In this document: piece after piece, positions 25,768-38,682 of the stretch | How the letters are laid out: each line of letters starts with the position of its first letter | Numbering within the stretch: position 1 is the stretch's first letter | The notes under the pieces: generated by a model | What the model saw: only the letters and a program-made list of their open reading frames with translations | What the model was told of the DNA's origin: nothing | Databases searched by the model: none | NCBI GenBank assembly: GCA_943704425.1 | Contig: CALSCP010000382.1 | Span: forward strand, 4,141 to 68,140 | From: Ministeria vibrans ATCC 50519 | Lineage: Eukaryota; Protista; Filasterea | DNA length: 64,000 nt | Reading direction: 5' to 3' | Made by a program: the position numbers and the translations under genes

Positions 25768-27280
25768 ATGACGGACGTTGCCTACAACGCGGCGCTGGCG
25801 GCGTTAAAGGACGCTAATCACGTGATTATAGAATGCGGCGATAGAGTGGTAATCATAATGGACAAAAAATAACGGATAAAACCGAATATTTAATAATAAT
25901 GGTGATAAAAAAAAATTAATAGGCATTGTTGTCGCGTTGGACTTGCACAACGAGACACAGCATTGGGATCACGACATTCTGCTCGGCTACGGGCCAGCCA
26001 ACTGCGGCGGGCGTGCGAGCGACTCCCGCGGACGCCATTGCGGCCCTTGTGGCACTGTACGGCAAAGTTCGCGACTCGATCGGCGCCGAGGCGGTCGTGG
26101 GCATCGCCAAGACGGGAGTCTGTGCGCGCCTCCTCATTGTCACCAGGGTACGCGGCTGGGCCAGCCACCCGCACACACGCATCTGTGCATGCACACGCAT
26201 CGAGAGGGAGAGAGAGGGAGACGCAGTGTGTGTGTGCGTGTGTGTGTGTGTGTGTGTATGTGTGTGGATTGCACAAGAGAGAAACACCCCAATTTTGTTT
26301 GTCGCAACAAAACTCACCACGATTGCTTTGGCAGGTTCTTTCGACGGCCCACTGCGGGCGTCATGGCAGCGTACATCAAGTGTTGGACTCGGCGTGGATC
26401 CGCATTCCTCTGGTGCACGCCATCGTGGACGGAACAGAGGGACTGTGGACAGAGCTGCGTCAAACCAAACTGGGTGGTCGTTTCTTCTATGGCTCGGGTG
26501 ACGTGGACGTCACCAGGGCGTACAGCGATGAGGGCATTGCGATGGGCATCACGCAACGTCTCAGGGCTGCCGGTCCGCATGCCGATGAATTTTGGTGGAA
26601 TCAACGCCTGTCACAGCCTTTTGCTGTAGCCGGTCTCGCTCATCTTTGTTGTGTCCTTGTGGCCGGCACCGTTACTGCGCGCACCGTCACCGTTGATAAT
26701 ACCGTTCCCGTTTCAATGATGCTTCTGTGTCGTCGCAGTCGCGCCCGTCTCGGCGGCTGGCTCGTCGAGCGTGGTCTCGACGATAAACGCGCTGCAACCG
26801 CCAACGATCGTGAGTGTGAATTTCTCGCCTCCATTGCCTCTCCTCCACAACAGTCTAGTAGCACCACCAGCACCTCTTCTCCCTCCGAAGCCGATACCAC
26901 ATCGTCCAGTGCGCCCTGGGTGTCGTTTGTCTGGCGTTGCGCTGCGGCACCCGTGCCCTTTGTGTCCGCCACAGACTCGGCTCGGGTCGCGTCGCGTGTC
27001 CACTTTGCTGCCACACCCTCAGCGTCTGCCGAGTGCCCCGACCGTCAAACAGCCTATCTCCAACGCATTGCAGCGCACACCGATACACATCATTTGCTAT
27101 GTGTCTCCTTTTTGGGCGGGGGTTCCGACAACGCGATCGACCACAACTGCGACAATGGCGTGCTCGAGGCACACGTTGAACGACAACTCGACTCGCTTTT
27201 TCGCGACTTGACCGACCGCTTTGGTGAGTCTTTTCGCCTGTGGAAGGCTGCACACCTGGTCCAGCAGCAGCAGCAGCAGC

Positions 27281-27328
<48 letters not shown>

Positions 27329-30300
27329 CGGGCGAGGGGGAGGGAAGGGAAGATGCGGTGAACGCGACACTGACACACGATTCGGCGCTCTCCTCCATGA
27401 CGCCACCGTCGACTACGATCGACCGCGACAATGTTCTGTGGAAGGTTGCCGCGTCGCTCATTGACACCGTTGGAATGTCGTCGTCGGGTACACGTCCAAG
27501 GGACTCAGAGAACCCCATAAGCCGGCGACAGTCGGCAAGTGTGCTGCTCACCTGTCTCACTGGCTGTAGCGACGAGCTGCTTACCTTCAGTCGACATATC
27601 TCTATCCAGGTGGCTCTGCGCGCCTGTCAGCACCTGGTCGACACGTCTCACGCCTCACTCCAGTCACAGCCCTTGGCCACTGTTGGCTCGCCGTGCAACA
27701 CTCCTTCTCCCGCTCCCACGACTGGCGTCGGTTCCCACGTCGAACAACTTGCCGCTCAGTTTGGCACGCGTGGCTGGTCTACAACTCACTGGTCTGCGTC
27801 GACCGTCGAACATGCTCGCACGCTCCTTCCCGACGGCGTTTGGCGCACTCTTGTCGACTTTGCCGTCACCAACCGTCAGCTGACGCGCGACTGGTACGGC
27901 GTTAGCGATATCAACAACAACAACAACAACACCGCTAACAACAACAGCACCGACAACAAGAACAACAACACGGCCATTGTGTGTCCCGTCGTGGGCCTCG
28001 ATGGCTTCATTGGTAGTACTATTGAGGCACCGCTGAGGCCGTCGGCACTCAATAAATCGGCGTCGACCATGTCCGTCACCAACAGCGAGGTGTACTCGGT
28101 GGCACGCTTGGTTGCCGCACAGCAGCGACAGATGCACACACGGCTCGCATTAGTCGGTCCATGGCGTGCTTTTTCGCTAGGCACGCAATCGGTCGTTGAC
28201 ACTGTTCTGCCCTTTAGCGTTGTCGACTATCGAGGTCCCTCGCTGCTTCTCATTGACGGTTCGCCTGCGCCCGTTCCCCCGCCCGTGACCCTGGGCGCCG
28301 ACTGTCCTATGCTCGTCTGTGACGCCTCAGATCTCAATGGCACCACCCGTCCGAGCCATGATACGAACGACAACGACGATTACTTTTGCAGCGACGACGA
28401 TGATGTGAGCCGCGTCGAGTTCCTTCTTGCCGTCAACGAGCCCATGGCACACGTTGCGTCGGTGGGCCTGTGGATTCGCCACGGCGTCAGTCCCGAGACA
28501 CCGCCTCGCCACATGCACATCCTTGCTGGGGTGTATCCCGACCGTGACAGCATGTCTTCCGTGTGGGCATCGGCTCCGTCACGCCCACTGCACTCGCGAA
28601 CTCCGCTTGCCCCTGTGCAGCGGGCCGTCGACACGTCTTCTCAGCTGCCTTTTGCCGCCGACGGCACTCTCTTGGTGTTTCCCGTGCGCCCTACCTGTGA
28701 ACCCGTGGGCGTGCGCGACCTCGTGTGCGCCCCTCTTGTGGATGCTGTGCGCGATGTTGGCGAGTGTCTTCCAACGCGCTTTGTCCGTCTGGTGCTTTCC
28801 GGTTCGCCCGACATGACGCTCGGCGGTGTTCTCTTGATGGGCCAGCGGCCCTCGGCTCTCGAAATGGAGGCGACTCACGCGGCGCTTGCCCGTGCGTCGC
28901 ACGCTCGCACCTCCTCTATTGTCGAACGCCTGGCACGCCTTGCACGTCCACTGACACCCATTGCGTCGTCTGATGATGGCAGAAGGAGGGGACGGCAAGC
29001 GCAAGGCGTCAACACCGTGGATGACACCGCGAAGGTGAAAGATGAGGCTGATGTGGGGGGTGTCAAGTCTATCGCCAAGAGCGGTCGCAGCGGTAGCCGG
29101 AGCAAGCCATTGGCCAAGTACCGCGCTACCGTGGAACAGGCGATTGCCGATGGATCGGTGGGCACGTTCATTGGGACACTGCGTTTGGAGCGACGTCGCT
29201 GGGAACTGGGACTGTCGGGTCGCGAGCGCGACAGCATTGTGACCGCACTGGGTTTGCCGTCGTCCATTATGGATCCCAATTTGTTCGTGCAGCCCCACTT
29301 GCGCAACATCCTGCCGGATACAGTGCTCAGCGACAATCGTACGCGTGGCAACAGCATCATCAATGGACTCGTGGTGCGTTTGTCGGGTACTGGTGGAAAC
29401 GGCGCTGGTGGCAGTGGCAGTGGCGGCAACAAGGCTCAAGGTGGCTCATCGAATGTGTCCGTGTTGTCGTCGTCGTCGTCGTCGTCGTCCAGTGCTTCAC
29501 AGCATCGCATCGACTTTTGCGGCCAATGCCGCACTCAGCTCACGCCCATTTCGCCAACGTGTGAGTTGTGCTGGCGTCGCTTTTGCGTGATGTGCATTTA
29601 CCGCGAGGCCATTCGCGCTGCACAGTACCGCGGTGCGCCCCCCGTCCCGGTCTGCGTCAAGTGCCATTCGCAGGCAATTGGTGAGCGTGACGAAGTCGAA
29701 GTGTTGCGTTCCCTTGTGAGTGTTCATGCTGCTGAGGGTGTGCGAGTGCGTGCCGCCGCCGCCCAAGCGCATCACCTCTTTAACGCATCGCTCTGTCGTC
29801 GCTCGTTTGCCCACATTAGTGTGCCCGAGTCATCTTTGGGCTATTTTCCCGCCGCTCAGCTCCTCGACCGTTTGCCCAGCACACACGACAGTGCTCCACC
29901 CGAGTGCCTTCTGGCGGCGCCCGGTGTGCTTCCTCGTGGTGTTGTCTGGCACTCGGGCGTCAACTCGGTCACGGTGCGCATTCGTCTGGCACGTCCCGCT
30001 CGTCTCGAGCACCTTCAAGTGCTCTTGACCCAGTCCAACTCCCTTGCGTCGTGCGTCGTTTCGGGAGGCATGCTTCTCGGCGAACTTGCACCCCTTGCGG
30101 AATTCTCGCCTGTGGTGCCAAAGGGACGGCTAGTCACACTGCCCGTCTCGGCCGACGTTCACCTTGTCGCCCTAACCCTCACTGCGCCCGCCACCAAGAC
30201 CGTCTCGGTGGCACGCATCGCCGTGCGAGGCACACCATTGCCCCATGTGCTCACGCAGTGGGGTGCACCCTTGCTATTTGCCGAGCAGCGCCGACGAGTG

Positions 30301-30850
30301 CGCGCCGACAGTGCGGCGAGTGACAGCAGCGTGGGCGACGGCCGCGCCATTGCCGCCCTCGCCTCCGCCTCGTCCTCGCGTGCCCCGACGCCCCTCAAAG
30401 CAAACCTGTCTCGTGATGGAAATCGTCGTCTCCACTTTGCTCTTGACCCTCCTGCCACCGTCTCCGGTGTCTGTGTGCTCCCGCGTCGTCGTGCTCACTC
30501 CAACCCGGCCACGCAGGTAAAAAAAACATGACCGTCGTGTTTTCTATTCACTCATCTTTTTTTTAATATTGATTGTTGATCATTTTCAGGCGCACAAGTT
30601 TCACGTGTACGTGATGCATGCACTACCCGGGCACCTTGGGGTGCAGCAGCAACCGAAGTTGCACGCCGAGCACGTTGTACCGCTGGCAAGTGCCGTCCTG
30701 CGACCCACCGACGACAGCCCTGCACCCCCACCCCTTTACTACGAGCTTCCTCGGGGGCCCCTCGCCTCCGTCAGCGGCGTCACCCTGCTCTGTCTTGATG
30801 CGCACGGCGCTGCAGATGCCGATGTTGTCTTTGACGCTTCCCTCTATTAA
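25768..30850 (+). CDS. SAC9-like SAC-domain protein with a FYVE-like Zn finger; catalytic motif degenerate (exons 25768-25848, ~25923-26147, ~26334-30516, 30590-30850)
   Basis: EFWWNQRL, RRSRARLG..RGL..ANDRECE, WIRHG, LRLERRRWELGLSGRERD..DPN, four CxxC pairs; all match plant SAC9 blocks by eye. Confidence 0.8.
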
Positions 30851-30940
30851 TCCTAATAATCATTCTTATTTTTATTATTATTATACTCTTTATTAATTTT
30901 GTAGTGTACATACAGAATCCTATACAATAAATTAAAACAA

Positions 30941-31801
30941 TCACCATGTTGGTCTTCTACAGGGGGCACAGAGCACCCGTCTCGTTCTCGTATGCGTTGC
31001 CCGTGATAATCAGCTGTATGTTAGACGGGAAAGAAACGGAGGAAGAGTACAGAAAAAGAAAAGAAAAAAAGGTGAGTGAAAGGTGAGTTAAGGACAATTC
31101 TCATTCGCGTACCTCCTCCACTGCGGCGGTCCCCAGGGGGCCGACAAATTCAGGCGGGAGCTCACTGCGGTGCACTCCCGCGCTATGCTCTCTGAGGTGC
31201 GCCAACAAATCCATGGCCGTGTCCGACGGCTTTTGGAGGTAGGCTTGGGAAAAGGCACTCGCAGTCTGTGTTGTTTCCGTCTGGGTGGCAGTGGGCGAGC
31301 CAGCAGGGCATTCAGCGTCGGGTCCGGACGGCGGCTCGCGCGCAATGCTGAAATACACTCGTTCGTGGTCCACTTGCTCGACGAAATGAAGGGGTTCGGT
31401 CACTGTGCTCGACGCAGCCAAAGAGCAAGAGAGGGGTTGAAGAGGAACGAACGACGAGAGAGGTTTTGCCGTCTTGTCTTACTTGCGTCGTTTTCGTACA
31501 CCCAGCCGTTTCCGCGAATGTATGTTTGCGTTGGAGTGTTGTCTGGCGACGACGTGGCCATGCGCTCGCCGACCACGGAGACGTACGTGCCCACAGCGGG
31601 GCAGGTGATGTCGAATTCGTGTGCAAAGCGTGTCGAAATGGTCGCCGTGCCATCGTCAATGACGACGTCCGTGTCGCCGTCTGCCGTGTCCACCGACTGC
31701 ACGACCACACCGACAAGTCGCACCAGGGTGAAGCAGCGAGGCGGGTTCCCATACAGGCTGTCAATACTTCGTATGTGGATGAATCGGTGGATTGAGTCCA
31801 T
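30941..31801 (-). CDS. STN1/RPA32-like protein with an OB fold and winged helix (3 exons)
   Basis: VRLVGVVV..IDDGTA..VGTYVSVVG..EPLHFVE OB pattern; short C-terminal winged-helix-like segment. Confidence 0.6.
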
Positions 31802-31938
31802 CAAGAAAGAACGGAAACTGTGTGGAAGTTGAAACACATTGCGATCATTCGTATCGAAGTTTCACCAACAAATTACCACAAATTTCCAATTTCAATTTAT
31901 TTCTACTCTACTCGGAAGAAACATCCGCTCGGGTTGTT

Positions 31939-33125
31939 ATGGCAACAATGGAGAAAGGACGCAGACGAAAGGAGAGTCGGAGTCGCGAAAACATTCCGGC
32001 GCCAGTTTTGAAACGCCATCGACACAAAGACAAGTTGATTGTGCCGCCGTCACACGAGAACTACACGGTGCGTCTGCACGACGACGTTCTCCTGATGATA
32101 TTTCAACTACTGGATGTCAGCGAGCGTCTGTGCGCATCGTCCGTGTGTCGCCGTTGGCACTCTCTCGTTGCAAGCCACGCCGCCTGGCACACCCTCGCTT
32201 TGTCGCGCTTTCCCGCCGCTCTTGTGCGAGGCACTCACGTCTCGCTTCCGCCGATCATTCGACCACACGTTGCGTGCGTTCGCAAGATTGTCGTGAGGTC
32301 CAAGGGGGTGGCGGTACGAGCGAACGTCGAGGAGAACTGCAAAGTGTGGCTCGCCCGAACATTTCCCAATCTACACACTCTTCACATGGACGTCGCCACC
32401 TCACGCCTCCACATCAGTGCACAGTGGCGGTCCACTCTCACTGACCTGTCGCTTTCTCCGTCGCTGTCCACACACACGCCTGTTCTCGACTGCAGTCGCA
32501 TAGGGCAGCTGACACATTTGAAATGTCTCTGTTTCAAACGTCTCCAAACAACCTTGGAGTGGTCTCGACCGCCCTTTTCGTTCTCGGGCGACCTCTCCGT
32601 GCTGGCTCAACTTACTCTCTTGCGTCACTTCCACGCCGAATGCTGGCCCGCGGACGAGGTGGCTCCCTTACTCGCACACCTCTCGCCGCTACTCCGTTCC
32701 CTTCATCTCTCCTCATCAGCCACCTTCGACACCACCGCACTTTTCGATCTTCTCTCGCGCTTCACCGCACTTCGCAGTCTCGTTCTCGACCTTGTCTTGA
32801 CCGGAGACGCCGACCTTCTCGCGTGCATGCGTCGTCTCTTGCAAGCACTCCCAAAGTATGTCGTGTGACTCTACACAAGGAGCCCACTCACACGCTGTGT
32901 TTTGTTTCTTGTTCTTCTGTATACAGTCTCCAATCACTGACGATCGCGATAGTACCAGTGCGACTCCTTCCCGACGTGTCGGCGTCCAGCGTGCAGACAC
33001 ACGCGGCCCTTGCGCGCGCCACCATTGTTGTTTGTGACCCCGACAACGCTCCCACCACCCCCCAGCGCATTGCCTTGCTCTTCCCTCCCTCCACCTCAAT
33101 CGCCCACAGCATTTTGCATACGTAA
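31939..33125 (+). CDS. F-box/LRR protein (2 exons)
   Basis: F-box LHDDVLLMIFQLL..ASSVCRRW; LxxLxL repeats. Confidence 0.85.
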
Positions 33126-33150
33126 CCAATGCATACACTCTTATTTGTAC

Positions 33151-33198
<48 letters not shown>

Positions 33199-33207
33199 AC
33201 ATAATGG

Positions 33208-34461
33208 TTACTTATTCCGCGTGAGGATGTCTCGCGTAAGCAGAACGAGTGCGTCGCGCTCGGGGCCCTCCGGCAGAGGCTCAAGCGCCGCACACGCACG
33301 TGCTGCATAGTCAGCTGCAAGAGCCCGAGTGCGCTCCAGTCCACTGCTCTCCAGCACATACTGTCGTGCCTACACACAATCCCCCTCCCCCAACCATTAG
33401 TCATTAAATAGATATATCAAAGCACATGTGCGTACGAGCTCGACATCGCCGTCACCCTGGAAGCGGCGTACGATGAGCTGATGGAGGGCGTCGTGGTCAA
33501 CACTTGCGTAGAGAACGGGCGCCGTGGCGAGCCCCAGCTTAAGGTCCGCCGCCACAGGCTTGCCCATGTCTTCGGCGGATGCAACAAAGTCAAGCAGATC
33601 GTCGACCAGCTGGAAGGCAATGCCTGCGTTGCGCCCATACTCAAAGGCAGCGTCGTGAACGTGCGTCGCGTCGGTTGCCAGCACCGCCACCGCACGGCAC
33701 GAGCACGCAATCAGCGACGCTGTTTTTTTGTACGTTTTCACGAGGTACCGCTCAAAGCGTTCCCCGGGCTCTAGTGACGTCTGCAGCTGCATGAACTCGC
33801 CACACACGAGCTCGTCCAGCACCTGACTCAGGATCTCAATCACGCGAACGTTGCCGAGTCGCGCTAGCTCGAGCGACGCCTTGCCCAGGATAAAGTTGCC
33901 GGCCAGTACTGACTGACGCACGCCGTAGAGGGTGTTGACAGAGGGGGCGGCGCGGCGCGTGTCGGCCTCGTCGATGACGTCGTCGTGCACGAGCGACGCC
34001 GTGTGGATCATTTCGGCGACCATGGCGACAACGAACTGCGCCTCGGCCGGCGGGATGGACGACGACTCGTACACGCTGCTGGCGTGTGGCACGCCGTCGG
34101 CGTGGACTAATGGCGAGGATTGGCGGCACAGAGCGCCCATGAGCAGGGCGATGAGAGGGCGCACTCGCTTGCCCTCCTGCAGCATGTACAACGCGGCGGC
34201 GTCGACAAGCGGAGAGTGTGTTGCGCCGTTGCACGCGAGGCGCGACGTCGCCTGTTCGCCAAGCGTCTTGAGCTGCGTGGTGACGGCGGCGCGGGCCTGG
34301 CGCGCTGCCTCGATTCGAGGCGGTGACAGCATGTACGACGGCAGCGCGACCGTCGCTGTGTCATGCGCCGCCGTCGACGCCCACCGTAATAATCGGCCTC
34401 GCTGTATTACCGCGTGTGGGCGTAGAGGGCTCCGCTGCAGCGCCCGTGTGAAGGTGATCAT
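33208..34461 (-). CDS. PDSS1: Trans-polyprenyl diphosphate synthase (COQ1/PDSS1), 2 exons
   Basis: Mitochondrial-type N-terminus; GKRVRP, HTASLVHDDVID, KTASL, FQLVDDLLD, DLKLGLATAPVL. Confidence 0.92.
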
Positions 34462-34724
34462 GGGGAGGAAGAGGGCGACGAACCAATGAAACAAAAAAAA
34501 TGAATCACATCATATCAGATTTCAGAACGAGGAATGATTACGATAACACAAAAATAAAGGGTGTGCTTCTGGGCGTCTGGCGAGTGCCGACTGACTGGTT
34601 TGACTGTATTTCTTACAATCATTGCCTCCACTTTCCCTTTTACCAGCTCAACTTCGATCATTTTTTTCAATTATTTTTTCAAATTTTTTTTCGTATTCTC
34701 AGATTTTGACACCTTTTTCGATTG

Positions 34725-37700
34725 ATGCGCTCCACTGCCGCGCTCGGGGCTAAGCAGCTGAAGCGGCTGCGCAAGACGCTGGCGGGCCGCTGGAAGCACT
34801 CCAACGTCCCCGTCAACGGAGTAATCTCGACGTCGTTGGAGCTGTCCGACGAAGTGATCAAGGTGAGAAGAAGACGGCCCGTTGCCCCAGCAGCGATACC
34901 GGCGCCCCTGCTGCCCGCTCCGCCGCTCTGTTGCCCTCCCCCGCCCATCTATGAACTCCTCGTCCGTGCAGATCCTCCGCGGACGCCCCTTTTTCTCCAT
35001 CTCCATTCGCTTTGCTCAACTTGTCTTTTTTTTTTTCGTCGTCGTTTGTGCAGGAAACTGCCTTGTTTCGCAGTGTTGTGCAGCCGCCGCCGCGCGGCAG
35101 CCTGCGGGAATGGATCACAATCAACACCATCGACTTCTACAACCAGGTAAGACACGGAGTAGTCTGATGAGTTCGCAGACGGACCGCTTTTTTTTCTTCT
35201 TTTGCTTCCGTAAAACGTTCAAAATTCACTTTTGGCCCGTTTTGTAGGCGAACACACTGTACACAGCGCTTGCAGACCACTGCACGAACGACACGTGTCC
35301 CATCATGACGGCGGGCGACATGTTTGAAGTGTACTGGGCGGACGGCAGTGCGACGGACGCATCGATGGAGCCATCGCCAACCCACTCAGTGCGTGCCTGT
35401 CCTTCACACTGCCCTTGCTGACTCTCCCCTTGTTCTTTCTCTCTCTTTGTTCTTTGTTTTCTTCTCTCTCTCTATCTCTTTGTTCTTTCACTCTATCATT
35501 TTGTTCTCTATCACTTTGTTCTCTCTGNNNNNNTTTTGTTCTCTATCACTTTGTTCTCTCTGACTATCACAATGTTCTATCACTTTTGTTTCTTTCTCCC
35601 TCCTTTTTCTCTCTCTCTATCACTTTGTTTCTTTCTCCCTCCTCTCTCTCTCTCTTTATCACTTTGTTTCTTTCTCCCTCCTCTCTCTCTCTCTTTATCA
35701 CTTTGTTTCTTTCTCCCTCCTCTCTCTCTCTCCTCCGATATTTCAGGTATCAGCACCCGATTACATTACACATCTGTTCGACTGGGCCTACACCCAGTTG
35801 GCGGCTTTCCCCACCGACGGCACCTTCCCCGATGACTTTGATCTGCGTCTCGAGACGATACATCGACGGCTCCTTCGTGTTTACATCCACATGTACCGCT
35901 TTCACTCAGACTCTGCCGAACTCCTTGACGGTCTGGACATTCTGCGATTGCGCGTGCGTCACTACCTCTGCTTTGTGACCGAGTACAATCTCATTGGAGC
36001 CGATCAACTGCTGCCCATGCGCAGCTTCTTCCTGCGCACCCTTGGCATTGACGTGACCGGCAGCACGGGGACACCCGACAATTCAGTGGGAGCCAATGTA
36101 TTGCAAGGTGGCGGCTCAAAGAGTGGTGGCAAGGGGAAAGGTGGAGTGGCGGGAGCGGGGGAGCGAGATGCACGAGTGTTTGGGGTGCCTCTGGTGCAGA
36201 TTGTAGAGTATGAGCGGGCAGAATTGGAGCGCGTTGGGTCGAGTGGAGCGCGCCGAGGCGCCATCAACTCGGCGAGCACTGGAAATTTAGCTGATGCCGA
36301 GCTGTACAACTCGTCAGGCAAGGGTCTTTCGACGACACAGCCCCCGGCGTCCAAGCATGGACTGTCGCATGAGTTGCACACGACCGTGTCCGATGGCAAT
36401 GTTGGTGCGGTGACGTCGCTGGATGACACGTACGTGCCGCAGATTGTGCAGAAGTGTATTCGGGCGCTTGAAGGGGCAGTGGATCGTGAAGGCATCTTCC
36501 GCATCTCCGGCTCGGTGCGGATGGTCAAGGAGCTCACCAGTGCGTTTGACAACGACTCAATGGGACTGCAGGTGAACATTGACGACCACCCCAACGGCGA
36601 GCATGTCATTGCCGGCGCTCTCAAGCAGTTCTTCCGTGAACTTCCCGAGCCTCTTCTCTCCTTCTCTCTCTACGACCAGTGGATTGCCACCGCCTCTGGT
36701 CAGTATCTACTACATTGTGTGTTCTTTAGTTTTGACCCTTCTTTTTCTCATACTTTGTGTTTGTTTCTCTTTCTATCACGTTGTCTCTATTACTTTTTTG
36801 TCTCTCTCTCTATCACTGTGTTTCTCTCTCTCTCCATCACTTTCTTTCTCTCTCTCTGCATTAGAACCCAATGCGGTTGAGCGGATGGCACTGACCAAGC
36901 GACTGCTGCACAAGCTGTCGTTGCCGGCCCAAGCGACGCTTGCCATGCTTCTGCGCTTCCTGTGCTTTGTGGGCTCGAACGCCGAGAAGAATCTCATGAG
37001 TGCCGACAACCTGGCTGTCGTGTTTGCGCCGGGTCTCCTCCGACCCCCCGAGGTCAATATTCTCTCTCTCTCTATCACTTTGTTTGTTTTTTTCTCTCTC
37101 TATCAATTTGTTTCTCTCTCTGTATCACTTTGTTTCTCTCTCTCTCTATCACTTTGTTTTTCTCTCTCTCTTCTCTCTCTGTCTCTCTCTGTCACTTTAT
37201 CTATTTTTGTTTTTTTTTTCAATATGAATCAGTGTGTCGTATTATCGTGTACTTAAATTTTCCTACGTCTTGTGTTGCAGGGGACGGATGCGCGGCAGTT
37301 GTTCTCCGATGCGGCGGTGCAACAGCAGGTTGTCGTGTTTCTCATTAACCACTCGGACCGGCTCTTTCCCGGAAGCACTGTCCAATGTGAGTCTGTTTCT
37401 TATTGTGTTGAGTTGAGTGATTTTGTATGTGTGTACGTGTGTGTGTGTGTGCTTCGTTTAGTACTTTTTGTGCATTAGGTGGATGTTGTTGTCGTGTTGG
37501 TCTCATGTGTTTCATCCCGTAGCATGCACTTCTCCCCGCTCTCGAACGCGTACCATTATTCGTGTGCGACCCGAAGGAAAGGTAGTGGGGAACGCATGTC
37601 ACGCAATCACAGACACCACCGGCACTCACTCACTCACTTCTTTATCTATTTTTTTTTTCGTATTGTGTTTTACAATATAGGAATTACTACATGCGAATGT

Positions 37701-38525
37701 GGCGGGAGACAGTCCTGAAGATTCGGCGCGACGGCGGGAGCGACTGAGACGGCGGGCAGCGGGACGGTCCTCGTCGGATGTTGGGGTGCGACGGCCCATG
37801 CAGGGTCTGACGGTGTCGGGGGTGCTGGCTGCAAGCGAGTCACCGGTGGAGGAGGAGGAGGAGGGTAGGGAAGACGAGGGGGGGGGGACGACGGGAATCG
37901 ATGTAGGGGAGCGGACCATGCCCGTAGCGGAGAAGGAAGGGGACTACGGGGAGACGGATGGGAGTACGGTGGAGCCGCATCCGCCTGCACGACGCATCGC
38001 GAGTGACTATGCTCAGTTGTCCACCTTTGATGTGGCGTCCCTGCCTAGTGGGGACCTGCGCATGGCCTTTGCGCTGCCACGACTTTCCAAACCAAAGTGT
38101 ATGATTTATGATTTGGTTGTGTGTGTATGTGTGTGTGTACTCATGACTTTTGCTCTCTTGCAGTTGCGTTTGTGGAGGATGCTATGGAAGAAGAAGAGGA
38201 GAAGGAAGAGGAAGCAGCAGTCGCAGAGGAGGGCGAAAAGGAAAAGGAGAAAGAAGGGTCGGAAGGGGGTGGTGCAATAGAGCAAGAGAAGAAAAAGGAG
38301 GAGGAAGAGGATGAGGATGTGATTGTGGTGGACGAGTCGTGGTTTCCCGGTGTTAGTGTGGCGTTGGCCGACACAGACACGTTCAACCGAGTGCCTGAGC
38401 GGTCATTCAGCCTTGTAGGGGAGCTGAATGGGCCCGACGAGGGCGGTGCACATGTCCCGACAGTCGGTCTCGACGGTACTGTGCTTGATCTACACGACGA
38501 ACGCTTCACCGAGAGCTGTGTGTAG
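34725..38525 (+). CDS. MOB kinase-activator domain fused to a RhoGAP domain, with an acidic tail (~8 exons)
   Basis: MOB: EWITINTIDFYNQ, CTNDTCPIMTAG, SAPDYI, RRLLRVYIHMYRFH. RhoGAP: VFGVPL, EGIFRISG, ALKQFFRELPEPL, NLMSADNLAVVFAP. Confidence 0.9.
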
Positions 38526-38682
38526 CCCATCGAGTGCTGCTTCTTGCTTGTTCTCCCTTATTTTTATTAATATTATTTTTATGAGTCGAATAGCACGTCG
38601 CTTTAAACTATTTAATACACGCCATTATCGTAACGGACAAAACAAATGAAAAACAAAAACCAAACAGTACGAAAGCCAACAA

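Noticed and set aside
35528-35533. N gap as a possible cause of the MOB-RhoGAP fusion
   Set aside because: The gap lies inside a MOB-domain intron with MOB sequence on both sides; the fusion point is in a downstream exon
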